64,000 nucleotides of DNA from Phallusia mammillata (taxonomy: Eukaryota): positions 19,282,001 through 19,346,000 of the forward strand of contig OZ281497.1 of assembly GCA_965637545.1 (NCBI GenBank), written 5' to 3'. The position numbers and the translations under genes were made by a program. Positions 1 through 17,099 of this stretch are shown here, one piece after another; positions within the stretch are counted from its first letter, which is position 1, and the number at the start of each line of letters is the position of its first letter. Below the pieces are notes generated by a model. The model did no database searches. It was not told the origin of the DNA and was given only the letters and a program-made list of their open reading frames with translations.

Positions 1-258
1 GCTATTGATGCTTTTTGCAATATCAATTGTGTGGTGTACCAATTGATAAAATACAATAAAAATGAGGCACGAAAAGGCAGTTTCAAGAACTCCGATTCAA
101 TAGTACCTGATCTCTGTTTGTAATTTAGGATCAGATAGTTTACATTTTCAATTCAGGATAACCTTTATTTAATTTCGCTTTATAGTAACTTTGGTGTCGC
201 TGCAACATCACTGCTTAACATGATTTAAACATTTTATTATAACATTGTTTGGTTTCAG

Positions 259-585
259 ATGGATTTATGCACTCTTGGTATGTTTGGAAAAGCCCCTGTT
301 TCCTACTGTATTGTCAACCCTACGGGATCTTGCCAGACAATGTGCGCAACTACGAACTACTTATGTAAGGAAAATATACACAGAAAAGACTTTTATTTCA
401 AAACTTGTGCACTAAAAACAAATAACAAAAACACTAAGTATTATACACAATACACGTATGCCTACAGCTAACCTATTATTTGTTTTAAGACATCTGAAGA
501 TATGGAACAACTTAATGGATTGAATCTGATCATTTGCATTGTTGGCAAATACTTTGACCAATCAGATTTGTTGGATAACACTTAA
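259..585 (+). CDS. GEMIN2: Gem-associated protein 2 (SIP1), last two coding exons (259-364, 490-585); gene starts upstream of the window
   Basis: Spliced translation (R)[35 protein letters not shown]|[31 protein letters not shown] matches the Gemin2 C-terminus (WLYALLACLEKPL...LNLLICLVSRYFDQ.DL). GT-AG sites and phases fit. The frame differs from ORF-track entry 259..471. Confidence 0.9.
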
Positions 586-889
586 TCCTGTGTGTCACAA
601 GTATCAATGCAAATTAAGTTATCTTCAGATACAGAGGCTGACCTCATAAGGCATGTGATGTGGTGTTGAATCTCTGGACAAAACAGTGAGATCGCTAGAA
701 ATGTGTTACTTCACAACTTTGTATAACGGTTTTATGGTGAATAACAAAGTATATTTTGTGTATTTTTCTGATCTTTTTTGTACTCTTTCCAGTGGTAAAC
801 GAATTACAGGTTCTTTTTCGTATCGATTGACCTTATTGAGAAGGCAGCCTCAGCTAAATTTTAAACCACAACAGAAAACGAAAACGGAA

Positions 890-3800
890 CTACAACTTCG
901 CCGCTGTGCATTCGTTTCGGGTGTTCTTAACTTCGCAAATGTAGGCATTCAGTTTAATGCAATTCTCATCGTTCCATACAAACTCGGGTCGGGTCTTTAA
1001 TTCTTCAACACAATCCTCAGTGTGGTACTGTTTGTCGGGGATTCCCCTTGGAAACTTGGTAAATTGCGATATGTTCCTGTAGTGAAGTTCGCTTTTGTCT
1101 GCCCACACCTTTCTTCGTTCCTGGACCCTATCGTCGAGACCTAGTTGACATAGAGTGAACCAGGTGTAAAATGCCAGAAGTACCACTGGTCAGGTCACAG
1201 ATTGATTTGATTCATCACAAAAGCATATTAGCCTATATAAGCTTGCTTACATTTTTTGTGGTTATTTGTAGCGAATGAACACTTTATTCAGATCGAATGC
1301 AAAAGTTTACACGGCCTATGGCCAGCACACAAACTCTTCCTTACCGATCCAAAACGACCACATATTAGACTGTTGCATTAGTATCTCAAGGAAATCTTGA
1401 ATTCGTTCCGTCTTGGGCATTGCAAGCATCCCACCCTCCTGGCGACAAGCACTCTCCGCCAATTCGTAAGTGCGAAGATCGTCAAAAACTTGGTAACATC
1501 GACAATCCAGTTGCTCATAACCCAATGGACATGGATTGGGTTTTCGACCTTAAAATGTATTTTACGTTACTTTTCTAACAATATGTAGGGGTGTCACTCG
1601 AATCTAAGGTGGTCTCTGGAAACAGTTAAGTTTTCCCTAACCATAGCCACAGAGGCATATATGTTTTGGTATTTGTTGAGTGTTGAAAGTGTATGCGGAA
1701 AATGAACACACACTTCTTCGCAATTCGACGCATATCCTTCGAAAAGGTACTGACCTATTTCACGTAGAATTTGAGCAGCGTGCTTTCGCATCTGTTGCTT
1801 GTGTAACGAGGTGTGCCACACGAAAATGTCCCGGATGTCACCATGAAAATGAGGATTGTACTTCGGACTTCCAGGAAGCCGAAAGTCCCTCCTGCCCTCG
1901 CTTAGGTGTCCGTTTTCATCCTGTCAAGTACAGATTTTGTAATACTATTTATGTGGCAAGTGACGAAATTAATTTTGTGACCAAATACTTCCTCATCAGT
2001 TGATATTTACTATAGTCATGCGTAAGGTATTGTAATTTACGGGGTATATGTAATGTAAGCCCATGAACAAAATCAGCCCTAATTGTTGCATATTAAATAG
2101 CAGTTTTCGCTGATGACGGCATGACATTTGGCGCGACCCAAACGTTTGAACTATGTTTTTTTCTAGTTTGGCGAAATATTTCTCATAAAATATCTTTTTG
2201 TATTATTATACTGCTACTGTATTTACTCTTGCGTGTCCGACTGTGAGCAGCGCGTCACTTGAGATGTTTCCGATAATTTGCATAAACGTTCCTCGACCGT
2301 CCGGCAGTCCATCAATGTAGGGCGTAATTACAGCAACGTCGTTTTCGTACGTGTGCCGGTCAACCACAATGCTGACCGTTGTCCATTGGTTACCCGGAAT
2401 CGACGATCTGCCGTAATCAATGTGACCAGGGTGCTGGTTGGCATAAAACGAAACTGTCTCTACCGAAAAATAGGCATTAAGCATTGAGGAAACGTTGTGG
2501 TTTTGGGCATTACAGACAAAATGCTGTTTTCATGCGAGTAAAGGTATATTAAACATACAAGCATTTACGACCATGATTTGATTAAACCAGGGGTGTCCAA
2601 CTCGATTACACCGCCGTGCCAATTTTTGTTTTAAAATATACTCGCGTGCTAACGTTTGGTACTTTTTCCAAACCATGTCTAAAACGTCTTAACGGTACGG
2701 GCTCAATCCGAATATTTGGCCAATATGTAGAACCATATTAAATGGTTAGAAAAAAAACATGTCGTCAAGTGCGAGTAAACTTGTTTGTGATACTCCAGAA
2801 ACCTTTTATTCTGTTTATGCGACACAAGATACGAATAGTTTGCAGGGGCACTGGCGTAGAGTACTTTGTGTAACGTCGAAATCGCATCTTTGTTCAAGTT
2901 ACGGGTTTTAAAACGTATTTCCAACTTACCACAAATGCGTTTGTAGTCACGTAATTAATTGAACTGACATCGATTGAAACGCAACAATTACAATTGTTTC
3001 AAAATAAACAGGCATTTTATTGCAACATAAGCATGGCACGTACACTCACGTTTTAATAATGAAACGTGAATTGCTTTTAAAGATGCATTTTAATCAGTGG
3101 GTTGTATAACTTTACTAATGATCATCTTTACCAAAGTTAGACTAAAGGTCAAGAGGAATCAATAGAAGCAAATTTAATTGCGTAACAAATCCTAATCTTT
3201 ACCATATGAATGTGCAAAAGCTCGTGTGCCATTTTCAAATGCTCTGCGTGCCACTTTTGGCACGCGTGCCACGTGTTGGACACCCCTGGATTAAACTCTC
3301 AACAGTTTTTATTTACAATAGACTTTCAATTCATATAGCCTACATTATACAGCAAACTTCGGTTAAACCAGATTTGGATCTTCGCCTAATTCGGACATTT
3401 TTTGGATCCAAACGGGCCCAGATTAACCGAGGTTTACTGTAGGCTAGGATACAGTGTATTTTTGTGAACTTACGAGTGTAGTAACTGGGTACGACAAATT
3501 CCCAACCAAAATTGTTGCTGTCCCGCTTAGAAAGAATTCTCGCCCCTCGATTTGACTTTTTGTCCCCGCTGCTTGGGCGAAGACGAATCAAAGCAGTGAT
3601 CGTAAAACTTTTGTCGTCCATGTCAAAGTCTTTGCCCAAGTCAATGTAAGTGTGATTTTCGTGCCTGTGAAACAAACAAGGTGACACTGTGATCAAAAAA
3701 CAAAACGTCTTTAACACGTAGGCTACACTGCCTAACAGCGGAAATAAAATTAAACCATGTAACTATACTTTAAACTGTTTTACCAATACGACTTCAACAA

Positions 3801-4708
3801 CTAAAAAATCAAGAATTACTTGCCTATAATTTACACGCCATCTTTTCTTTGGAGTCGGAATTCCTCGATCTACAGCACTTCTGCCCATTCGACTCTCGAA
3901 CTCTCCGTGTATGATTTGTCGCATGGCTCTTACCACTAGGATGTTGGGATCAAAGGGTTTCTTCGAAACCAATGTCCCACTAGCACCCGCAGTATTGCTT
4001 TTTAATCGAGCTCCACCTCGGGTGTTCTTTAAGGGCAAGCATATTCTTTGACCAGAAACGAATCCTAAAAAGACACACCTTTACAATTGTATGACCTTCT
4101 TATTTTGTATGACATTTTCCCGGTATCCTTTTACTAGCTTTGTAGATAAATTTTAAACATGTGACTGTCATCGTTCAATTTTGCTTAAGTCAAATAATTA
4201 AATCTCAGTCCTTTGTCGTATTGTGCGCCCATAAAAATTTTACCACTGCAAAATACCCCAGTCAAGTTTAAAAATCTACCTCCGCTATCATCCAGAATAA
4301 GTTGATCATTGATAGAATCCCTGAGGTTTTGAATTAGTTCCCGCCTTTGATTTTTACGTCTTTCAGCAAACTTGAGCCTTGCTGTGCGTCCAAAGTTTGG
4401 AAAAGGGATTTCAATGTCCCTGGGTGGACTTTGAAGAGCCCCGTGGGTACTGTCACTGGTGTTCACTGCAGATTTTAGTGCTGAACTCCCAGATGATGTA
4501 GCCACAAAAAAGCATAGGGTAAAAACTGAAAGGTAAAAACTAAGGATTGTTGATGGTTCGACTTTGGGTTGATCTGTTCGAAACGGCAGTTTTACATATG
4601 TCTGCGCTCTTTAACCTTGGTGTAGGCTGTAACCGCCGCAGGGGTGTGAGAACAAAGGAATGTGTAAGGGAGTTACCAAAAAGTTTTATATGGGAGAGTG
4701 GCAGTCAT
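890..4708 (-). CDS. Secreted LamG/concanavalin-A-like + C-type lectin domain protein, about 532 aa; exons 4678-4708, 4244-4525, 3824-4064, 3474-3664, 2227-2459, 1755-1920, 1345-1548, 890-1140
   Basis: Exon phases chain into one 1599-nt ORF. Signal-like N-terminus MTATLPYKTFVFTLCFFVATSSG. LamG-like strands (SFTITALIRL, GWEF, WTTVSIVVDR, YIDG, FHGDIRDIFVW). CTLD motifs (CYQVF, AESACRQEGGMLA, FWIGLDD, EDCV, WNDENC, YICE). Intron 3665-3823 requires a GC donor. The first exon is the least certain. Confidence 0.8.
2110..2151 (+). other. Degenerate minimal hammerhead-like motif, related to the one at 51083
   Basis: CTGATGACGGCATGACATTTGGCGCGACCCAAACGTTTGAAC aligns with CTGATGATGGCATGAGCATTTGCCGAAACGTTTGAAC at 51083; the GAAA core is disrupted. 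Confidence 0.35.
2588..3288. mobile_element. Non-autonomous hAT element (MITE) in an intron of the LamG-CTLD gene
   Basis: Perfect 14-bp TIR CAGGGGTGTCCAAC; 8-bp TSD GATTAAAC at 2580-2587 and 3289-3296; no transposase ORF. Confidence 0.9.
3350..3439. mobile_element. Tiny (90 bp) Tc1/mariner-like MITE
   Basis: TIR CAGCAAACTTCGGTTAA / TTAACCGAGGTTTACTG (15 of 17 match) flanked by TA on both sides. Confidence 0.7.
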
Positions 4709-7700
4709 TTGCTTCGAAGAGTTGCAGCGTTTGTATACTTTTCTTTTCCTTGAAAAATGTATCTTCACAATAGGGTTTATACAATAGTTTGATGTTCAAA
4801 TTTCAATTGTCTGTACACCAACCAGAAAGCAGAATAATTGTGACAATGAATGCAAGGGTTCAACGAGTCGCATCATTAGTTTTTCAGGGGCATGAGCGGA
4901 AAATAGATTAAAGAGCACCGATGCCTTTAACATGTTTACACATTGGAATAGTGTAGTAAAAACTTATGTCTACAATCAACATTTATCAAAACGATAAAAC
5001 CTAATTTATACTGTATTTGTCTTTTCTGAATTTTGATTGTCACCAAAAATACACTTCCTTTCTTTTTCACTGATGTGTTCGTATTACCTAATCGAAATAC
5101 ACTGAACTACAGGTGTTTAATAAAAAAAATGGCCCTGTATGATGCAGGGAAGGTAGAACAAAACTTACCAAGACAGACCACCATCGTCCGATTGGTGTGA
5201 TTTCCCAGTGTTTAATAAAATCGCCACTTTCGAAGGCACCTGCTTTTCCTTGCTATAATTTCCACAGTCTTATTTCACCTTTTCACTTTTATACGATCCG
5301 TCCCAGTGTCGATGTCTTTCTCCGAAATTATTGGTTTCTGCGTTGACGTATGGAGGCGTTCTGCAAATGTGAGTGGAAGCACTTCCTTTGCAATTAGCAA
5401 AATACGAGTTTGCCTGGCGGGCATCGTTGATTAGTAGTAAACAGAAGGAAAACGTCCAGTACACGTTGCGCCCATTTCCATATGGCGAACGTCAACAACA
5501 ACCCCAATTAACCAAATAGAACACGGTGAGACAGTAAATGATAATAAACAGTTCAAGGGCTACTCTAGTACGCTAAAACTAGTTTCGATAAACGCAGTAC
5601 AAACATACGTCAAATCATAAAAAGCATGTTTTAAAATATTCTTTTGCTGACTTTGTCTGCTACTGGTTGATATGGCAGTCTTGTTTCGAAATAGACAAAT
5701 ATTATGCGCAGAGCAAAAATTTAATACATATACAACCTTTTTTTCCCCACGAACACCTGTCACTAATCTTTTTTTGATCGATTACTTTCAATTTTGACCC
5801 TAATTGCAACGCAATTCTATAACTATTGCTCCCTCAGCTGCGAACTTTTCGTGAGATCAAAGAAAATTAGGTTTGTTTTACTAAGGTGGCGGCACATTTT
5901 ATTATTGTTGTTAAGCGTGGCGATCAAAAAGAACAACGCTCCACTGCACAGAAGTGTGTCACCATGGAGATATACACAAAAACTCGCGACACAAACACGT
6001 TCCGGTGTCAGTAGTACTGAGCTGAGGCGAGTTAATATCGCGAAAACTGTATACACACGACGATAGAGGCCCGAAAAGACCGACCCATAATCCTACATTA
6101 GCCTAATACAAATAATTCAACGATTGCAATAATAAATGTTGCAAAGCAAGCAGGTTCGACCAAACGGGCGCTGGTGTGGTTATTTACAAAAACATTCGGA
6201 GCGAATTGCAAAATTTGCGTTACGACCCTGCTCTTAAGAAAAAGACACTGGAGAAAACTCCACGCGGTCTTACGAGAAACAAAATCGACGCTGCATCCCT
6301 AAACCGTTGCTCTTTAAATGTATTTAACAGGTGGCGAAATGCACCTGGCGCCCAACTCGTAAACAGCATTTTAACACTAATATAAATTTATATATACCGA
6401 CATGGGGAAACATATGTACATGATGTGATGCCAGCGATGGCCGGCCTACTAAAAAAACGTTATTTAAAAATTTTGGTAGGAGTTATTAGCTAATTCACAA
6501 TTTGACATTTTTAGGTTGGTTAATTTGCAGGAAAAGCATGCATTTCATATGGTGGTTATTAAAACAGAATCAAACAAAAGGAAAAATAATTTTGATTTAA
6601 ATTTTAAGTGATAATGTGGCCAAACACAAAAATATTACATTATTGGTCCCTAAGCAGTTATAAGCGAGGTCAAAAACACGATCCCATTAATCAACATTAT
6701 TTGCGGTAGCAAACCGAACTCATATCACCAAAACATGAAAATGTTAAGTTTTTAGGCACAAAATTACGGAAGTTCAAAAAACGTAGATAGCTGTCGAAGC
6801 AGCAGAAAAAACAACGACAATTTGCGCGCCCCCGCTGAGTCTTTTTAGGCACGAACACAAAAACGATCCTTAGACATTTAATTGTAGAAAATTGTCACAT
6901 CTACCAAATTTGGCATTGTAACGAATAAAAGCGGTTAATTGTGATTAGCAACAGGAAATTTGGCTTTCAGGAGGGCGGCCAAGGACACACAATGCAAATA
7001 TACAAACAAAGGAAAAAACAAAACACTTAACGTGTCTGCCCATGATCAGCGACAGACGACACAAGAACCTTACATCCTTATGAAAAACTCACAACTTTGC
7101 CGAAGTTTTGCTTAATGAACGGTCTCTGATTTCTAGGAAACTGTTCCTACGCAACAACCCAAGATGCAGCACACCAGCAGAGGGCTCAATACCGTCGTTA
7201 AATCACATTAAAAAGGGTTTCATTGGCTTGGGTGGGCCTCAAGTGAGCACCAGTGCGGTTTGGGGTTTAAAAAACAACCTACTTAAACAATGCAACTGTA
7301 ATTTTTAATTAAATTAAAGTAATCTGCGCAACAGGGACAAAGAAAAATAATTTAAGCCATAGTTGCAAGTCAAAAACTTGTTTTCTATTTTCTAAATGGG
7401 AAAGAATTGCTTTTGGGGTTAAACCAATTAATGGGCAAAGAGTCCGCACGGAAAAACGTAAACAGGCGCGCAAACAAATATAATATGATGTATACAATAC
7501 GTGTGGGACCTCGTTTTTGGACACGCGAAAAAAACAGCGCCCACTTGCGGAAACACGTTATCACGTGACTGGTTTGTGAGTTGTAGTGACGTGTGTGGAA
7601 CTGACGAACTTGTCCAAGGGTTAAAGTGAGGATCAATCGCCAGCCACAGGAAAAACTAGTTTAAAACGACACCTGTAATAGAAAAATACTGTAAGTTTTG

Positions 7701-8379
7701 GGAGGATGAGGTTAGATTGCTGTCACAGTTTGCTGCATTTTAGAAGTTAACTTAAATAAACAAGGATTTAAATTTGGGCCAAACTGCTAGTTTTTGTCGA
7801 CCAGAACTGGAAAATGTGTGGTGAAACGAACTTAGGTTTCTGAGAAAATACAGCAGGCTATGACAATAAATGCACGATATCATGTGCAATTTAAATAAGT
7901 TTAGTATTTCTATCTTATTAACGCAGAGTTATAAATTTTAGCAAAACGGAGTTATAAATACAAAAACACAAAAATCTAAGATTCTAAAAATAAAACCAAA
8001 GCAGCAAAAACGTAACGTTTTTATGCTGGTAATTCACATGATTTTTTAAAAGGGCGGGTGCACAACAACTCGAATCATGAACGAAACAAATGAAGCCGGT
8101 CATGTCGGGAAAACGTGGGTCGTGCAAATAAAGCTTGTTAAATTCGATTTGTCGTTATTACATGCCGTCCATGCGGATGTTTCGCAACAAGAAGCCTTTT
8201 GTGTTAAAATTGACTATTATTATAACCGGACAATTATTATGTGTGGTACTGTCGAGCAATGACAATAAACAATTAAATACATAAAGATTACGTCCGCGGA
8301 TATATAACACCTACGTCAGTGTAACGCAACACAGGCGTGGGCTCTGAAAGTACGTATTTTCTCGTTTTACACAGAGACC

Positions 8380-9200
8380 AGCGTCTTCCCGACTTTGGAA
8401 TCAACCCAGACCGGCCTAGCTACGATAAACAGTAAAATCACTCATGCGTGCCGCCCAGCCGCCGTTACGTCATCGCAAAAACGTCATAATTATTAGGATT
8501 GATTGATGGCGGCGCGCGTGCGCACATGCAGGAAACGAGCCACTGCTGTGATGCGTATGCACACACACGCGCGCGCCAAACCCGACCGCACATCCACGCG
8601 CACCATGAACGGCGTTATCAGGAAGTATATGGTTGGGCCGAAGACAGAACGATCTGGTACATCGAACTACGGAAACAGCCTCGAAGCAACGACGAATGGA
8701 CCGGGGCGCGGGAAGACATGGATGTTAGACTAGCTAGCGTGGACACAAGTGACGTGATACGCCGGTGGGGAAGTTTACAGGCTGGATTAATGATTCCTGT
8801 TTTTGCGCATAACACAACCAGCCGTCTGTTTCATGTTCCCGCAGCGGAAGACGCCATTGACGCGGGCGGGTATACATAGAGCTGGCGCTTTCAAGTGACT
8901 ACTCAGCATAACCGACCGCATTTGGTCGCACAATTCCCATAACTGTTGTGCCCTCTGTCTGCATTAAAGGGCGTGGGGCTACGTCATAACAGCGAGCCTT
9001 GTGACGTATCCGATAGACCGTCACGTGCAGGCCGACGCAGACACGTGAGCGGCGCGCGTGTGAGCTTCCAACGAGCGAAGGAACCAGATTGGGAGTCGGG
9101 GCCAGAAAATCATCAAACTTTAGTTAAGTGGGGATGCGAGTTACAAGGGATTTCAGGGCAAACGGCCGGTCACGATTTGTGACCTAAAAGAAACAGGAGA
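8380..9200. promoter_or_regulatory. CpG-rich putative promoter or enhancer
   Basis: Roughly 55-60% GC against an AT-rich background, with many CpG, GGGCGTGG, ACGTCA/TGACGT and ATGGCG motifs. No recognisable protein in any frame. Confidence 0.35.
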
Positions 9201-10433
9201 TAACACAAGTCATGATTGGTTAACTGCAACGAGCGTGCTAATCACTGGCACGCCCAGATTTCCACATAACGGGAAAAGAATCAAAAAAGATTCTTTCGCG
9301 TAAAAAATAATCTCGTTTTCAGAGCAGCTACGGTATTTGCGAAGAACGACATTCTGAATGTATTATATATCCCCGCCTGGCGTTAACGCCTTGTACTATA
9401 ACAAATCGTAGAAAAAGTTGAAAGTAAACGTAATTTTGGCAAGCGCGTGACGATGACATGCTGTCAATCAAGCTAGAATGTTGGATGATCGCAAAATACC
9501 AAAGCAAAAATATGAAACACATCCAGTTGGTTAATAAAACTTGGAAAACCGAATAGCGGGTGTTAACTGTTAACCAGTCGGCACTGCAAAAACATCGGAT
9601 CAATGGCAATGCCAAGACCATACAAGTGGTGATTCGTTCTGTCAATCACAGCATATCCTTCGTAAGTGATGGAAGTCAGTGGTTACGGGCAGGCCAACAG
9701 AACAGAAATGCCATCTTGCTGCTCAGCCAAGTGTTAGTTCTGCGAGTCGTTGCCTCCTACCGTGCGCCACAGCTGTGAGATGTTGCTACCCGTGGTGGCT
9801 TGGCGGGTGCGCGGGCTACGATAGACATATTAGGCACTTGTGTCATGCGGCTAATTTGGCTCAGGGCAAGTGTCGACTTTCCACCCAAATGATAAAGGTT
9901 ACTTTTATGCTTTGGATCAATACAAATCACCTCCTACTTTATGCAAAGCCGGTTGTGATATGAAAGAGTGAGAGGGCTTACTTCATAGAGCGTGTATGGC
10001 AAACTACCGAGCGTGTCTTAAGTGAAAACAATGGAGTAGCGTGTCAGCTCCTGTCACGACACTTTCCTGCTTACAAATAAATCCAAATGAGGCTATGAGC
10101 ACCAGGAACGTGTAAGACTGCTTTTCATTGTTTTACATTATGAACCATGGCCCGCACTGAAGTGCTACGCTAGTAACATGTAGTTAAAGTTAGCCGTTTG
10201 GTCAATTGACTAAAGGTTTTGTAAAGGCGATCAAAATTTGTTTTTGTGTTCAGAAACAAATCGGCAATTTTGCATTGGGTTGCGATTCCGAATGCATAGC
10301 AAATCTCACAGAGCTGTGGCCCACAAGCCAAACACCAAGGTAGCAGAAAAAACACTTGGCAGGTAGCAGCAAATGTCGTGCACCACTTACCACGCTAGGG
10401 GTACCTAATAATGGCACTAGTAACTGTGCTGCT

Positions 10434-10517
10434 CTATAGTATGGAGCAACAGCAGTCTTGGTCGTCTACTGGAGCCGGGTTCCTAGAGTTGATCTGTTTG
10501 ACTAATTCGAAGAATAC
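10434..10517 (-). CDS. RAP1: Alternative terminal exon B of RAP1 (VFFELVKQINSRNPAPVDDQDCCCSIL*)
   Basis: Phase-0 acceptor (ccttcaccaatcgacag|GTATTC). Homologous to exon A (IFFDLVKQIN vs VFFELVKQIN). Ends in a CAAX box. No transcript evidence available. Confidence 0.75.
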   Translation of the reverse strand, partial: VFFELVKQINSRNPAPVDDQDCCCSIL

Positions 10518-10683
10518 CTGTCGATTGGTGAAGGCACACAGTGAAACACACACATATGATTGAATGAATTGTTTTTGCACTTGACCTTGGAGCTGGGCGG
10601 TGGGGGCATGGGTGATTTTAGGGGTGGAGTGTGGGTACTTACCAAGCTGTTCTGATAGAAGGGGTGGGAAAATAGCATTAAAA

Positions 10684-14261
<3,578 letters not shown>

Positions 14262-15391
14262 CTTGTTTTACTTGATATAATGCTGTCACCAAAATAATCA
14301 ATGTTTAGACATAAGGATTAAAAACCATATTATATTTTTTTCATATAAGGCCCATTATATCAAACTATTATTGAGCCGTGTACGTCTAACAACAAACTGA
14401 ACCATCTCCGCTTGTATCGTTATCTGTGTTGTGCCAGTAATGAAAAATGTTGGTTGGATATGAATGAATGTGTCATACCATTCACATGACAAAGTTCACA
14501 AGCCAGTGTTTAAACTAGTTTACAAAGTGAACACTTATTACTGCGTAGACATTAAACAGCCTACTATGCCAGGCAAAAGTTTATTTTCCATGTCATGTAA
14601 TCATCACCACAATCTTTTGTAGTTTGAGGTCAGAGCAGCCATGAAGCATTTCATGCTTAAATTACATGACTGCTCTATGCCTCCTTATTTAGTATGTACA
14701 GCAGTCGACTGCTCATCATTTGCCAAACTAAGTGAGTGCCTTTACTGTATCCTTTTAAGTTACCAATGTTTCAGATAACAAATAAGCACTGACCTTGCTT
14801 AAAGGAGCCACAACAATTACTTTGTCACTTCGTCACGGTAGCAGAAGGGATGGATTTTAGGTGATTAGCAACAAAATTATATCTCAACGCCTATTGGAAC
14901 AAAAATAAAGCTTAAAAGGAGAATTTTTATGTAATATATCATTATAACATGTGAACATTTTTCCGCATGTGAGCGAAATTTAAAGTTTGAAGAAAGCACA
15001 CTATTTATCACAGACAAACTTTCACTGACAAGTAAACTGCCCCAATGAAGTTTTTTTTTTGACAGCAGACAATAAACAACAGCATAGACAGCAAATTGTT
15101 TATCACAAAACAATCAGCTTTAATATCTAAAGGTTATTGTTAGCACACCAATGGAGTTATAAATCAAGATTTACAACAAAAAATGGCTTAACAGTTTCAC
15201 TATGTCTAAAGGCAAAACTATACATGCATGTATGCAAGGCTACTTCCCTAAAACTGACAGTCTGTTTTCAACATTTAAAACTTAGGCGCCTCATTTATAT
15301 TTCTACAGTTGGTTGGCTGCACTATCGTTTTAGCTGTGCCTTCATCTGTTAATTCCTGACATAACATTTGGCAAGAAGCTACAGCCATCTT

Positions 15392-15772
15392 CAGGGTTGC
15401 CATACCGTCATTATTTCTAAGATTTGTCCTTATTTTGAAGGGCTATGTCTTAGAAAAGCTCATTGTCCTTATTTCAAAGAAATGTCCTTATTGTTGACTG
15501 TAGTCCTTCTTTTGTCTTATTTTCAACAATTACAAGTTGAATCACTGCTACAAGTAACAGTGAGTTTAGACCTGAGCTGTCGTGAGATGTACAAAATATT
15601 TTCTACGAACAACGAGTTACTGAAACAGATTGTTTCTGGCAAAAATATTGCAAATATTATGTCATGACTCGTATAAATGCAAAGATTTGTTTAAAAACGT
15701 TTGTTTCGTTTCGCCTAAAAATTTGATTTTTCGGTTGTTCTTATTTTTGGTTTCAAGTCCATGGCAACCCTG
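15392..15772. mobile_element. Non-autonomous hAT-like element
   Basis: 12-bp TIR CAGGGTTGCCAT / ATGGCAACCCTG; 8-bp TSD GCCATCTT / GCTATCTT (1 mismatch); subterminal GTCCTTATT repeats. Confidence 0.75.
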
Positions 15773-17099
15773 GCTATCTTTGTTACCTAGCACAACAATC
15801 TGAACCAATGTTACAGTGACAGGTACTGTTTAAAATAACAAAGAGGACCTGCACACATGTAATTAGAAAATTGGTAGATGCCAAAGAAAAAGAATATGCA
15901 CATTAAGGGGTTTGGACTTGGGGTAAACATTTATTATACTGATGAATTTGTCATCCAACTATTTTAACAAAGAAATAATGTCAAGATTAAAAACATTGAT
16001 AACAAAACTAAATGTCAAATGACATGTGTTATTACCATCAAGATCTATTATTTTACCACAAATATTATTACATTTCATTTCAAGCCAAGCATTACATTTT
16101 TCCACATAAGAAATACGATGAAAAATTCTTACACAGTATATTAGTTTGTTTTAACAAAATACAGTTTCAGATTTGCAAAAATTGTGTTGTAATTAAAATG
16201 GCAATTGTAAAGATAATAGCTTTACAATGTCATATCTAGTCACACATCATTTTATCAAATGTTTTACATTCCCTATGTGTATACAATGAGGTGCGACATG
16301 CTGTTAGCCTTTCATAACAATAATAACAATTGACAACATTACGATTTATTGAAATGTTGAAAAATAAACATGTCACATTTTTCTTCATTTGGGCAATTTT
16401 GTTCCTTTGTCAAAATTATTAACTGTGTCTTTAATAAAAAACAAATTGCTAAAGATGTAGAATAAAACATATCCATTTTATTAAACAGACATTTCGACAA
16501 AAGCATTTGTCATCATCAGTGAAAATATAAATGAATACGTTTTATTCTACATCTTTGGCAATTTGGTTTTTATTAAAGCTACTATTCAAGTCAGTGTCTA
16601 CCTAATATTCACTGAGTGGTTTGGCGTTTTGTAATAATTTTACAACAGTTCATAAAACTGCATTAAGTTCATTAACCCATCTACTACACCATTTATGTTG
16701 TGATAAAACAATGTTGGTATTTGAACCATTGACACATATACACTTGAACTGACATCACAAAAACAACATGTAGAGATTGACTATATTATCTTCAATCGAT
16801 GATTGTTTCAACACAAAAAAAACATCAAAAAGTGAACAGGTTTGCATCAAGAAGTGGTCATCAAACCAATGAGAGTCACAAAACCATTATCTGAGTTGCT
16901 GTTTACAACGGGGTTTGCTGTGAGTGTGCATTTAGTCATGACTAAATAGTTTTGAATAATTTCAACTTTTGTTACCTTGCTTGCAATGTTGGAATTATCA
17001 CACACGTTCAAAATCTTGTTTTTTTTCGTTTCTAGTAAACAGGTAATAAATGTTACAAAGTTATTCACAATGGCACTGCCATATTTCATTCTTAACGTA

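Noticed and set aside
5274-5408. Exon-like segment upstream of the lectin gene
   Set aside because: Its open frames do not match the phase of the next exon; at most a 5' UTR exon, so it was left out of the CDS.
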